This document shows positions 21,201 through 34,800 of a stretch of 64,000 nt of DNA, in pieces (the stretch's first letter is position 1; each line of letters starts with the position of its first letter). This DNA comes from Balanoglossus misakiensis (taxonomy: Eukaryota > Animalia > Hemichordata). The stretch lies in contig CM082591.2 in NCBI GenBank assembly GCA_040954595.2, forward strand, positions 1,587,745 to 1,651,744, given 5' to 3'. The notes beneath the pieces were generated by a model. That model was not told the DNA's origin, did not search any database, and saw nothing but the letters and a program-made list of their open reading frames with translations. The position numbers and the translations under genes are program-made.

Positions 21201-24200
21201 ATAATCATTTTGAACTCTCTGAATTGTTGGTGACCAGACCTCTATTCTCATCTTGCCTCATACTTGTAAAAATTTGCATTGTGATGTCAAGGTTTCTGGT
21301 AAGTGCCATAAATGTTATGTCATCAAGTTTTCTTATATTATACATTTACACACAATGCAGTTTGGTTGTACCGGTAGAAGTCTAGCAACCAATGATTCAA
21401 CATTTACTTGAAGTTTTGAATCAACTGGTTCCTTATTATCAACACATGTATTCAACTGTTATTTTCCAACACTGAGATGAAATGCACATACCTGTTTTAG
21501 AAGGTTCTGCTGAAACACTGGTTCCCTTTGTATCCTCAGATATCTCTTTACTTCCTGTAGTGGAGAGATGACTTAGACATTAATTTTACTTGAAGTTTTG
21601 AATCAACTGATCCCTTAGTATCAACACTTGTATTCAACTGTTGTTTTCCAACACTGAGATGAAATGCACATACCTGTTTTAGAAGGTTCTGCTGAAACAC
21701 TGGTTCCCTTTGTATCCTCAGATATCACTTTACTTCCTGTAGTGGAGAGATGACTTAGACATTAATTTTACTTGAAGTTTTGAATCAACTGATCCCTTAG
21801 TATCAACACTTGTATTCAACTGTTATTTTCCAACACTGAGATGAAATGCACATACCTGTTTTAGAAGGTTCTGTTGAAATACTGGCTCCCTTTGTATCCT
21901 CAGATATCTCTTTACTTCCTGTAATGTAGAGATGACATAGACATTAATTTTACTTGGAGTTTTGAATCAACTGATCCCTTAGTATCAACACTTGTATTCA
22001 ACTTATTTTCCAACACTGAGATGAAATGCACATACCTGTTATAGAAGGTTCTGCTGAAACACTGGCTCCCTTTGTATCCTCAGATATCTCTTTACTTCCT
22101 GTAGTCCCTGAATCACCAGCAGTTTCTTTACTTCCACCAAAAAATCTCCTAATCTTGCTGATGACACCTTTGGATTTCTTTTCTTCTGCAAAAGAAAGTG
22201 ATCAAACAATGAAAATATAGTGCTGTACACATTTGGCCAACATCTGACTGATGTTTCCCTATCAAGAATACTAGTAAACTACCGGTATACCATGCTTTCC
22301 AACATCAGATTGAATGTACGGTTAATGTAGTTCATACTTTCTATAGCATCCCATTACCACTCTCCACGTTTTATTGGTGTACCTTTTTCTTTTGTCTTAA
22401 CTTGTTTTGATTTGGTTTGCTCAGTCTCAGTTCCATCTCCTTCCGTCATCTCGGCCACAGTCTCAGTGTCTTCTTTTCCCATTGTCTCCGGTTGTGGATG
22501 TCTGGCTTTCTCAGCTCCTGTTTCTTCTGATGCCATCTCAGGTTGCACAGCTGCTGGTTTCACAGGCTCATCTTCATCTTTTGTAGCTATGGTTACAGGT
22601 GATATGTCTCCTGTGTCATCTTTCTTGAGAGGCACATCAGATGGTGTGAGTTTGCCTACAAATATTTGAAATTAAATGTTAAGTACAGAAGTTGGTTAAT
22701 TCTTACAACAATGAAAACTTGCATTTTTTTATAATCTATGTGAGCTGGAAGATTTTATTTGACCAAGGGTTTCTTGATGCAGGAATAATCGAAGCAGATT
22801 TATATCAATCTCACCTTGTTCAGTTTCCAATTTTGCATCTTCTTCCAGTTCAAGAGTTTTAGCAGTTTTCAGTTGCAGCTCTGCAGTGTCAGATTGCTCA
22901 TCCTGAATTTTGGATAATTTTGACTTTAGTTCAGTTATGGTTTGTTCTTGTTGTTCAAGTTTAGATTCCAACTCTTGGATGTGTCTAGGGTCTGAGTCTT
23001 TCAATCTTTGCTTCAGGGAAATGACATCCATAAGTTGTGTTTTGGCTACTTTCTCACCACTTGCAAGTTTCTTTTTGTACTGCTCTTCTAAGAGTGACTT
23101 TTCCTGAAGTGCTTCTTTCAACTGATTCTCTAGAATCATTTTCTCTGTCTGCAGTTTAGTGATTTCTTGAACAACCTTCCTCTTATTCTCAACTGACTCA
23201 GTCTGAATTTTGGACTTCTCTGTCAGGGCCCTATCCAACTGTTGTTTTAGTTCTTTGAGCTGCTTTGCACTAGCTTCAAAGGGCAGTAAGCTTTTTGCTT
23301 GTAAGCTGATAGATTCAGCTGGTATGGGATCAATTGGTCTGCCATGTTGTATGATTTCTTCTTCTAACTCTGAAATGGAGAATGTAGATAAATATGTCAT
23401 TGATATCAAGTAACCTCGGACATGTATTAAGTTCCATAATTATCACACATAGAGAATGATATTGCATAACTATTAATAAGTTTTATTCATGTTGCACAGT
23501 GCATAGCTGTGTATGTTCCTATTTATTTTTTGTTACAAAGTGCAGCAAACATACTTCCCTTTGTAAAGCAAATGTGCTGTTTGCATCATATTTGTGAATT
23601 ACCTGATTCACTGAAATCCAATCTTTCTGTGTCAGTCATAAGATACCTTCTAACACCCAATAACTCAAAGACTTGAGGTCTGTGAGATAGGATATGCTGA
23701 ACTTTCTCTGTCATTTTCACTTTAAGTTGTATGATGTCACACTGTCTTCCTTTCTGTCTTTTACACTGCTCACTGTTGAGTATCAGAGGTGCATATTTGT
23801 CAGCTGACTTCTGGATTTCTTGTGTCGGATCAATCTCAAGGAACAACAACCTGGATAATATCTCACCTGCAAAATACAAACAAAATCAGGTTTTTAGTCT
23901 TGGCACAAGTGACATCAGTCTTTCAAGCATCAAATCAAACAGATGATGCAGAAAGAACAAATGGTATACTGTGCAATGTATGGTAGAATGTTAATGTTGG
24001 CTGACAATTGTTTCTTCCATCATTACAAGTTAACAATCCTAATTTATTTTAAGGAGATATCAATTTTTATGGCCACAGCAAAAACCTTCCTACATGTACA
24101 TTGTTCATGTGGTAAAAAAGTCAGAGTATATTGTGTAAGTGCAACGCCAAGTCAAATGTGTATTGTCAAGGAAAATTTGGATATATGCCACTATTTTTCG

Positions 24201-27200
24201 AATCTTTGAATATTTATGAAGCCTAAATGTGCATTTTGTTGTCATTGACTGAAATGATGGTAAAATCACTCACTTTGTTTCAGGCCAGTGTGTTCAGTAT
24301 CAGAATCTTTTTCTGTTAACTCCTGTTGCAAATTCAGGTGTGTTCTGTCAATCTGAAATTGGAAGAAATGAACACGTAGTCTTTATTATTCGACAACTAT
24401 AAAAAACATGGAAACTGTTGAAATGCACATCCCAGAAATACTATTTTGACCACATGATATAATAGCCATCACTCAAATACCACACAGTCACCAGATTCTC
24501 AATGGGTCAACCGGTATTGACCTGTGCAGCTGATGTGGCTCTTGAAGACAATTATGCAAGAACAGCTTGGCTTGCAATTGATCAGGTGTGGCACTTTAAG
24601 GGTTAAAATTACAAAGCATACCTCGTCCAGTATGTCATTGACATATTCATCGTCTACACTGTCGTCACATACCACTGGTTCTATTCCTCCACCATCTCCT
24701 GAAAGATAACAATACAATAACAAATCAAGTTCTGCTGTTTAATAATTCTATCATCTATGATTTCAGAGTAATGTGTGTCTCTTTGGAGAGCATTTAACCC
24801 ATAAAGTGCTGTTCTTAACAATCGATTCATAGTAAATTGTCCTGAATTGTATTTTTTTTTCTGGTTTGATAGTCTGAGAGTTTTATAGCATTATCTGATA
24901 AACAAAACTTACTGTTCAAAAAGAATAGTTCCAGTTCATCAAACCTGGCTTGGTCATATGAAGCTATCAACTGTAGTGGAATTCCAGCTGTGTTGGCCTC
25001 TGTCATTTCATCTGTCATCAAGATTGGTTCTAATGCCTTGGCTAAACTTCTTGAATCTTCAAGACAGCTTCCCCGCAATCTGTAGAGATTATAAAGTCTA
25101 CGCATGTTGGCTGTGATTTGCAGAGACTCTGATCTCATGCTGGTTATGTCCACTTCACCCAAATTCTCAGTGCAGACTTTCTTGACTTTCTCAGTGTCAT
25201 CACTGTTGGATACCACATCAGATGCTCTTCTCTTCAACTGTTGTTTGCAGTTGTTCCAAGCTGTAGATGCTGCCACTAGTTGCCTTTCCTCATTCTGGCC
25301 CTCATTTTCTGCTCGATGTTGCTGATAGGCAGTTTCATCCAGTTGGACGTGGATTGCGATTTTTGTGTCAGCTGAAGATAGGAGAAAGAACATGATTTAG
25401 CTTGTGAAATCAACACTGTATGTTTTGTAGGATTTAGCTGCTTTAGTACTTACTCCCAACCACTCCACTCGATTTTACTATTATCTGTAGTCACTTACAA
25501 TTAATTACTTTAGAAATGAACAGGTTTGTAAATGGTGATTTGCAGATAATGAGAAATTGTAGGCACAACAGAACTCAGTTTACTTTTTAGAAATAAGATG
25601 GTATCTCAGTGATGCATGCAATTGTCAGTGCAGGTTTCACTAATTTACTCTTGAAGTTGAAAAATAAAGAAACAATTACCAGTATGTATCATTAACTAGA
25701 CACAGGATATAATTTACTAAAAGTGTACACTGTACATACCTGTTACAGTTTGTCTGTCCTTTGGAGTCAACAAACTGGTGAATTTGGCGTAACACTTGTT
25801 GACATCTTCACACTCCATGAGAGCCTTCTTCAGCTCCTTAGCTTCTTCAAAAGCTAACCTGGTGTTCTTGACACTCCATATTATCTTCTCCGAAATCTTA
25901 TCAGATGAGTGTGACACTACAAATCTGTCTGCGTGGTATGGAAAGTATTTCTTGACTAACTTTCCAAGCTGGGAATATTCATCAGGATAGGTTGGTAGTC
26001 CAACTGCTATAGATTCTAAACCGCTATACGGATAGTCCTTGTAGACAGAGACAGGAAGACAACTGTGAGATTGATGCACTGATATCATTAAGGTCTTTTC
26101 TGAGTAATCTGGGTGAGGATATGCCATTACTTGATTGTTGTTCATCTGCTGTAGAATATGCTTCAGTTCAGCCTCACCTGCTCCCCGTATTGACCAATTC
26201 AGAAGTTTGTTGTGAAAGTCTTTCACCGTGTTTGCTGCACTTCCAATAGCAGCTGCTATTGTCTCACATCTGTCCAAGGCTTCTTGTGTATCAATCTGCC
26301 CGTATGTCAGTATGCTGTGAGTAGTCATTCCATCTAGGAACGTTGGGTCTTTTCTGAAAAAGACTTCAGCAGGTCTGGGAAAAATCTCTTCATGAGGGAT
26401 CATGTGTAGTTCCCTGCCATCAAAGGTAGCCCGGTATTCGTTCTGGAAATGCTCATACATGCTTGGACCAATTGAAAATATGATATCAGCTTCACTGGCC
26501 AGCTTCAGCATCATTTCACTTAACTTTCCTTTTGGTTGTTTCAACCGACAGTTGCGTTCTTCATAGGCATGGTTGATCATCACTAGTTCTGCATCAGGAA
26601 ACACTTTTTTTCTGATATCTATAGCAGCGGATCCGGTCTTTGGAGCATAACCAACAACATACTTGATGTTTTGTAGCTGTCTGAGGTGAGGGTAGTAGAT
26701 TTCATGATTCATCAACCACTTAAGTTCTGGCTTGTCTTCCTCTGGTTCAACCCCTTCCCTTTTTTGTGCTGGAATCAATGTAACCCGACACTTGGCAGCA
26801 TCTGCCTTCTGGTCATCACTGGCTTTGACACCAACAAAGGTGGAGTAGGCTTTAACAGGTGTTTCTTCTTTGACTTTTCTTGCACAGAAATCTTGTACAA
26901 GAGTTCTGTGAAACCCAGTCAAGCCACAATCTTCTTTGTTCCATTCATTATACACAAACAGTGCCCCAGGAGGTGGTTCAGGAAGATGGGGTTGATGAAG
27001 TTTGGCTTCAGGGAAGAGACTTTCATGAATTGCTTTGGCTGCATTGTGTGTCTGTGGAGAATATCCGACTACATGTTGGATGTTTTTCAGTTTCTTCAGT
27101 CCTGGGTAGTAGATTGAGTGACTGACAAGCCAGTGTTCTCCAGGTGGATCTTTCTTTGGATCCAACCACTTGTTTCTTTTGGCTGGGATCAAAGTGACAT

Positions 27201-28227
27201 TCACACTCTTTGCATCTTTCTTTTGTTCTTCACTCACTTCCACTTCAAGGGTAGTACAGAGGAATTCAGAAACATTCTCAGACTTAATCTTTTCACGGAA
27301 CTCATTGACAAGCATATGACTTGGTTTTGTAATCTGCCCTTCTGAGGTTGTGTCCCAGGTTGGTAGTAGAAGTAACGCTGCAGCTGGTGGTTCAGGAAGT
27401 GAGAGTTGGTGAAGTTTGGCTTCAGGGAAGAGACTTTTATGAATTGCCACTGCAGCATTTTTTGTCTTTGGAGAGAATCCGACGACGTGCTTGATGTTTT
27501 GCAGCCCCTTCAGATCTGGGAAGTATGTACCATGGTTAACAAGCCAGTGTACTCCAGGGGGGTCTTCAAGAGGATCCATCCTCTCGTCTCTTATAGCTGG
27601 GATCAAAGTAACATCAAATTTCTCTGCATCTTTCTTTTGTTCTTCACTCACAACAACATCAAGTGTAGTACAATAGGATTGAGAAACTTTCTCTGACTTC
27701 AGGGTTTCTTCTCGAAATTTTGTGACAAGCTGGTGACTTGGTGTTGTTGTCTGATCTTCTGATTCTGTCTGCCATGTTTGCATGACCATTAATGCTGCCA
27801 CAGGTGGTGGATTGGGAAGTTGGAGTTGGTGAAGTTTAGCTTCAGGGAAGAGACTTTCATGAATTGCTTTGGCTGCAGTTTGTGTCTGTGGAGAATATCC
27901 GACAACATGTTGGATGTTTGTCAGTTCCTTCAGTTCTGGAAAGTAGACCAAATGGTTGAAAAGCCAGTGTTCTCCAGGTGGATCTTTTTTTGGATCCAAC
28001 CACTTGTTTCTTGTGGCTGGGATCAAAGTAGCACAAACACTTTCTGCATCTTTCTTTTGTTCTTCACTCACTTCAACTTCAAGGGTAGTACAGAGGAATT
28101 CAGAAACGTTCTCAGACTGGAGTGTGTTTTCTTGGAGATGTTTGATTATAGCTTGAGTTGGTTGGGAGGTCTTTGCCTCCTTGTCCCATGATTTCAATAC
28201 AACCAGTGCTGCAGATGGTTCGGACAT
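18234..28227 (-). CDS. Paralog 2 of the GT/TRADD-N/coiled-coil/NHL protein, 1783 aa as spliced
   Basis: Exons (-): 28227-25740, 25371-24913, 24698-24622, 24352-24274, 23866-23603, 23369-22815, 22655-22383, 22185-22036, 21918-21856, 21736-21674, 21554-21492, 19051-18234. GT-AG, phase-compatible, 5352 nt. Confidence 0.8.
21400..22105 (-). repeat. 182-bp exon+intron tandem repeat of paralog 2 (three 63-nt exons plus the parental exon end)
   Basis: Exons 21918-21856, 21736-21674 and 21554-21492. The same 63 nt form the 3' end of exon 22185-22036. Confidence 0.88.
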
Positions 28228-31200
28228 AATTGCATTCCTGCTGGGAAGAAACATATTGTACCTGGGTATAGTTAATGAGAAGTTGACCAGTGATTGTGGT
28301 GATGATGTGATCATGTATCATTTAATGTATCGAGAATGGACAAAATCAATGCAGTTGATTCAGTGGATGTAGGGTATACTGGTATGTGATGTGACACCGT
28401 ATTAAAGACAGCTCCCTAAAGGTCAAATGAGGTCACTGTCTGTTTAAAACCAGACCACAACATGTACGATTAAATAATAACCTTACTCTGCATGATAGTA
28501 TCATGTCTACGGTTGATATAAAAGTTAGAGCTTAATAATCGTAATTGGCAAAAACAAATTGTCTCAATCTTACAGTTGTCGACAGAATTTCAAAGTAGAG
28601 TTAAAGTAGAATTTTATTTAGATAAAATTCGCTCTGTGATACCAACAAATAATTTGAAGGCATTGAATTTGAGGGGTAGACTGCTGTAGAAATGATCACT
28701 TCTGTCATAATAAAACACTCTACCAACTTAGGGCTGTAAAAGAGCTGACAATTTTCTCACCAGACATGGCTTTGTTTCCAGGAACCTTACACTTTATAAA
28801 TGCACAATCTCCACAAATGGTCGTGAAAGTTTAAGTGCTCACGAGGCAAAATCACGTCTTTGATCGAGTTTGGTTCTAGACTTACATGAGTAGTGCATGT
28901 GATTTTCATGTGATACCTGTTGTTGTACCTGTTACATATTGACACAGGACACTATCACCAGTTTGCTGTTTGTGATATCTCCAAAAGTGCATGCATGCAC
29001 TAAATATTTTGTGTAACCTATACTGTACCGCGTTGGTGAAAATAATTGTCCCTAGTTTTGATATTGATGAATCACAGACAATGTTCAGACCCATTAATTC
29101 AAATCATGAAAAGTGTATTGACTTATTTTCGATAGAATTCTTTTTTAGGGGGTGTTTCTGTTATATGAAGAAGTCGTTGAGTTTGTGGACTGACAGAATT
29201 TCAAGACAATAAATCACAAACTTCTATACATTTAACATACCTAGTAATGTTGTAACAGAGAGGTTGATTCCTTCAGAAGTTAGAGCTTCATTTCATTTGA
29301 TCCTTACAAAGCTAGAGTAGCTCCCACTGGCAAAACGTGGAGAAATCCCAGAGTTTGGTTCCGATCGAGTACCGTACGAGCTGCTCAGTACTTGTCACCT
29401 AACTGTGTTGTAGATGTGATATCAGAGGTTAGAATCTCTTTGCCACCACCCAATTTACAACATGTCACTTATATGTATGTATTCACTTAAAAAACAAGAC
29501 AATAAATCACCAGCTCCAGTACAACAAACTTCAAAAACGGTTGTAAAAGAGAGGGTTGATTCCTTCACATATTAGAGCTTCAATCCAGGTTCACTAATAA
29601 ATGTATAGATCTTCAAATTATACAAGGAAGTTGGTGTTCACCAGGAGAAAAAAAATTGCAGACAAGTTCCAGTGTGTGGCTTTTGAGTACCTTGGAGCTA
29701 ACACAATGCTTGTCATGTGATCTGTAAAATAAGGCCAAAGAAAGTGAATTCTTTGTTTAGCATCTACTCAAAGTTTTGAAAGGTTCATGGATAAGTGATC
29801 GAAAAATAAACACAGGAAATTTAATACAGTACATGGAATTTATATATTTTAGATCCTTGTCAGAGAAGTATTCATTCAAGAATCATGTCAAAGAAGTATT
29901 CATTTAAGAATCAAAGTAGTAATTTTCAACTTCATTGTTCATAACACATACACTTCAACCATGCAGGTGATTTGAGCAAATTATGTAAAATTTGTAACAG
30001 ACTTTTCTGGTCAGAAAATCTCGGTCTTTGTCAAAAATCTTCCAAAAACAAAAGAAACCAAACACCATGAGGGTGCAAAACAAAGAGTTTACTTACAGTG
30101 GCCCAACACAGTGGAGATCCAGACACTGTCAAAGTTCAATTGCCAGTCTCCATTGACAACATGTCAGCTATTCAAATCTAAAAACCTTTGAAAAAAATGC
30201 CCTACAGCTTCATGAATTCAAGAGTTATTAGTACCTTATACTCAAGTTTCTGATATTCTTATTACGTACGTACGTACGTACCGGTATTCAAATCAAGGTG
30301 AATGGATAGCCAATAGTAAAATAGTATAATTCAGGGGCAATTTCTGGTTTAAACTCTCATAAACAATGTGGTTGTTACTTTGTATATATGGCAAACAATG
30401 TGTTTATGTCTTAATGTACAGCCACAAACAATAGTTGAGATACCAAACACACAGGTGTTTAATTTATCACATTTCCATTTATTACATATAGATATATGTT
30501 GCAAACTGACTTGCATGCTAGTTACAAATGTCCAATTCCATCATAAATTCTTGGATTCAATAAAATGACTTAACAATAGTAATACGACTGTCAGCCATTA
30601 AATTATTGATGAAATCAGGGTGCCATATACAGATGCACTTTCTCAGCTAAGCATTCAGCTACATTTAAAGTTTAAACAAATTAAAAAAAAAATAAAGTAA
30701 ATACAAACAGCATGTGATTATTTGCAATAAAAACACAAAATAACACGATAAACAACTTTATACTAATTGTTTACTGACTATGTACATTTTAGTAACGAAA
30801 ATATCAACTAAAAACAAAGAAAGCATGCTAGAGTATGATACAATCTGCGCAAGTCATCTTTGCTTGCCAAAGCTGCATGTTTCTATATCGGGCAAAAGGA
30901 CAGGCCTCAAAACATACAGGACGATCGAGGATGGCTGTATTAACGCTTGTCAGCCAGACAGCGAAATTTTACTCCTTGAAATCGACTAAATAAAATAAAA
31001 AACAAACTTTCTGTACAAACTGCAAAGTTACTTTTCACTCTAGTCTCATCGAGCTCTAAGTGCGCCCTCTACACCATGATTAATCAAAAGTGGATATGCA
31101 AATCATGGCGGTAAAACTTCGCCGTTCACATCCCTTGTTCATATATATCTGAAATAACAACAATTTTGGACTACAGAATGGAAATATGTACAAATTACAA

Positions 31201-31834
31201 TACAATATATATCAGGCGATTTGCAGGTAAGTTTATAGAATCATTTTGCACACATAAATTGATGAAACGCCTTCATCCTTTCGGATGCAATGGAGATCTG
31301 ATGGGAAATGGACCTCACATCATAACTTTCAGACCCCTCCTTGTCAAAATTCATCAAAAAAACGAGTAAAAATATTCCAAAACGACTCAGATTTGGATTG
31401 TTTATACTCGTTACATGAAGCGACTGTAAACTGAACTATTTTTCTTTCTTTTAAAAATGTCTTTGCAAATTTGAAAAAAGAACCCAATTTTTGATTGTTT
31501 ACATGCCAAGTTGGCGGATTGCATTCAGTTTCAAACAGTCTTGTCTCAAAATCCCTCAAAATAAACTGCAAAAATTACTCAAAACACCGTCAGTTTAGTT
31601 TGCCTCCACTCAGTAGATGTAGCGACTGCACCTACAATTAATTTCTGTTCTGAATTTTACTTCAAAATGTGGAAAATAACTCCAAAAATTGTGAAAGTGA
31701 CATGGGTTCAGTTTGAACTTTGTTGCCATGGCGTGCAATCACCAACAGTCGGAAATTTCTCAACACAGCCTCTAAATTTTCTCCCAAATTTCACTTTTTT
31801 TGATGTCGTGTTGACATGCATTTCATGGTGATGT

Positions 31835-34800
31835 TTATGTCTGCTTGTGGAATACTTTGATTTGGTCGTTGTACTCCTCTCTAACAGCAATTCTGTCACC
31901 GCTGACTGCAAGGAACTGAGGGCCTCTCACCTCACCTTCAAATAAGTGACAGATCCACTTTCCATCAAATCTCCATTTCACAATCCTATCATTCCTCCAA
32001 TCACACACAAACAAATTATCGTCGTCATCGACGTCAATGCTGTGTGGAAACTCCAGCGGACCAGGACATTTACTATACACACCACCAAATTGATACAAGA
32101 ATTTCAAATCAGCATCAAAACACTTGATGCAGTGATTGCCACAGTCAGACACCATGATGACATTCTTACTGTTGACCACCACAGAGTATGGGGAACGGAA
32201 TTGTGTTTTGCCATCACCCCAACCACCAACCTCTGCAACATACTGACCATCTTGGGTGTACTTGAGTAGCCGATGACCTTCGATCTCAGTGACCAAAACA
32301 AATCCATTCAGTAGAGCGATGCCACAGACATCGACGCCTGCAGGTAGAGTAATTATTCTAAGAATTTTATTGTTTTGATCACAAACAACAATTTGAGAAT
32401 TTCCACCATCATTTATGAAGTAGATGTTGTCATGGGAGACAGCTACATCCCGTGGCTTGAATGGCTTTGCAAACTGACCATCAAAACTTCCCAAGACTTT
32501 GTCACAGGTGTAATCTTGATTCAGTATCTGTACAACCCTGTTGCCTTCATCACACACCACCAGTTTGTCACCATGGAACACCATACCTCTTGGGTCTTTA
32601 AACTTTTGTCCTGTTCATTTTAACAAGAGAAAACGTTACAAAAGAAACAAATCATTGCTATGACAACTGAACTACTAAGGGGTAGTTTTTCTACACAATG
32701 TTTACAGTGACAAATAACCATGGCAACCAGAGTAACCATGAGTTTCTTGAACTATTTCTTTTTCTCTGCAATATAGCTAGGAGGAAATTTACTTTGTCTC
32801 TTTTTGACAGCTTTATTATAATATGCATGAAAGACTATCTTATTTAACCATTCAATAGATATACTATTGTTGATGTTGCCATGGCAACACATTAAAGAAA
32901 TCAGTTCAAAAATAATCTTTTACTTGTAACTTTTGACTCGGTAGACATTTCATAACAATTCTTGAACTGAGTTTCGGGGATAATTTCGTTGGTCCATTAT
33001 TTTTAGGAAAAAATGTATGATGGTAGCATTATTCACTGGTAACCATGACAACTGAACCTCAATGTATTTTGTAAAACATTGGAAATGTGCTAAAGTTAGT
33101 GTTTTAATTTAACTTTGAACCTTTTTTTACAAATTTAGCGAGTTATGCCATGATATATTTCTGCCGAAGTACTCTATATGTACTCATTTTTCAATACCAA
33201 GTAACCATGGAAACTGGACAAAATGTTAATATCAGTTAATAATTCTATTTTTGAAAACAAGTAGCAGAAATATTACCTGAAATTATCGCTTTATTCATGC
33301 CTTGTAACCCATAAAAAATGTTTCTATTCAACTGCTCAATGGATTTAGTGACAGTATTGTTGTCATGGTAACACATTTTAACAGATCAGTACAGGAATAA
33401 TCTTTGCCTTGTAATTTTGGAATTAGTAGGTCTTACATAAAAATTCTTGAACAATGTCTCAATGATCATTGCCTACCTTATACTTGTAGCTTTTCAGTGC
33501 CAAGAAACCAGGGCAACCAGACAAACATCAATTTCTGAAACTATTTCTATTGCTTTGCAATATAATGAAAATATTTCTAACTACATGTATATGTACTATC
33601 AGTAATGTTGTTGTGATATAGGTTTTGTTTCTTTTTCAAGCCAAGCAGAGATGGTCTGCTTTAAATCAGTAATTGTCATAGTAACAGTCTTTAAGTCGGA
33701 GTATTGTGTAAGTGCAACGCCAAGTCAAATGTGTATCGTCAAGGAAAATTTGGATATATGTTAACACATTTTATGCCAGTATTTTTCGAATCTTTGAATA
33801 TTTATGAAGCCTAAATGTGCATTTGGTCGTCATTGACTGAAATGATGGTAAAATCACTCACTTTGTTTCAGGCCAGTGTGTTCAGTATCAGAATCTTTTT
33901 CTGTTAACTCCCGTTGCAAAGTCAGGTGTGCTTTGTCAATCTGAAATTGGAAGAAATAAACACTTTTATTATTTGACAACTATATAAAAAACATAACCAC
34001 ATGATATAATACCCATCACTCAAATACCACACAGTCGATCGCCAGATTCTCAATGGGTCAACCGGTATTGACCTGTGCAGCTGATGTGGCTCTTGAAGAC
34101 AATTATGCAAGAGCAGCTTGGCTTGCAATTGATCAGGTGTGCCACTTTAAGGGTTAAAATTACAAAGCATACCTCGGCCAGTATCTCATTGACATATTCC
34201 TCATCAATGCTGTCATCACATACCACTGGTCCTATTCCTCCACCATCTCCTGATAATACAATAATATATTTACATATTAGTAGATATGTTAACCATTAAA
34301 TCTCTATCAAATCAAGTTCTGCTGTTTACTAATTCTATCGTCTATGATTTCAGAGTGATGTGTGTCTCTTTGGAGAGCATTTAACCCATCAAGTGCTGTT
34401 GTAGTAAATTTTTTTCTGGTTTGATCAATACCGGTAGTCTGAGATTAGTATTCTCTGATAAACTAAACTTACTGTTTAGAAAGAGTAGTTCCAGTTCATC
34501 AAACCTGGCTCGGTCATATGTAGATGTCAACTGTAGTGGAATTCCAGCTGTGTTGGCCTCTGTCATTTCATCTGTCATCAAGATTGGTTCTAATGCCTTG
34601 GATAAACTTCTTGAATCTTCAAGACAGCTTCCCCGCAACCTGCAGAGATTATAAACTCTACGCATGTCTGCTGTGATTTGCAGAGACTCTGATTTCATAC
34701 TGGTTATTTCCACTTCACCCAAATTCTCAGTGCAGGCTTTCTTGACTTTCTCAGTGTCATCACTGTTGGATACCACATCAGATGCTCTTCTCTTCAACTG

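Noticed and set aside
4539-32610. Diversity-generating retroelement as the cause of NHL hypervariability
   Set aside because: Differences are not adenine-restricted (e.g. tgg/gag/cgg). No reverse transcriptase or invariant template repeat is present in the window.
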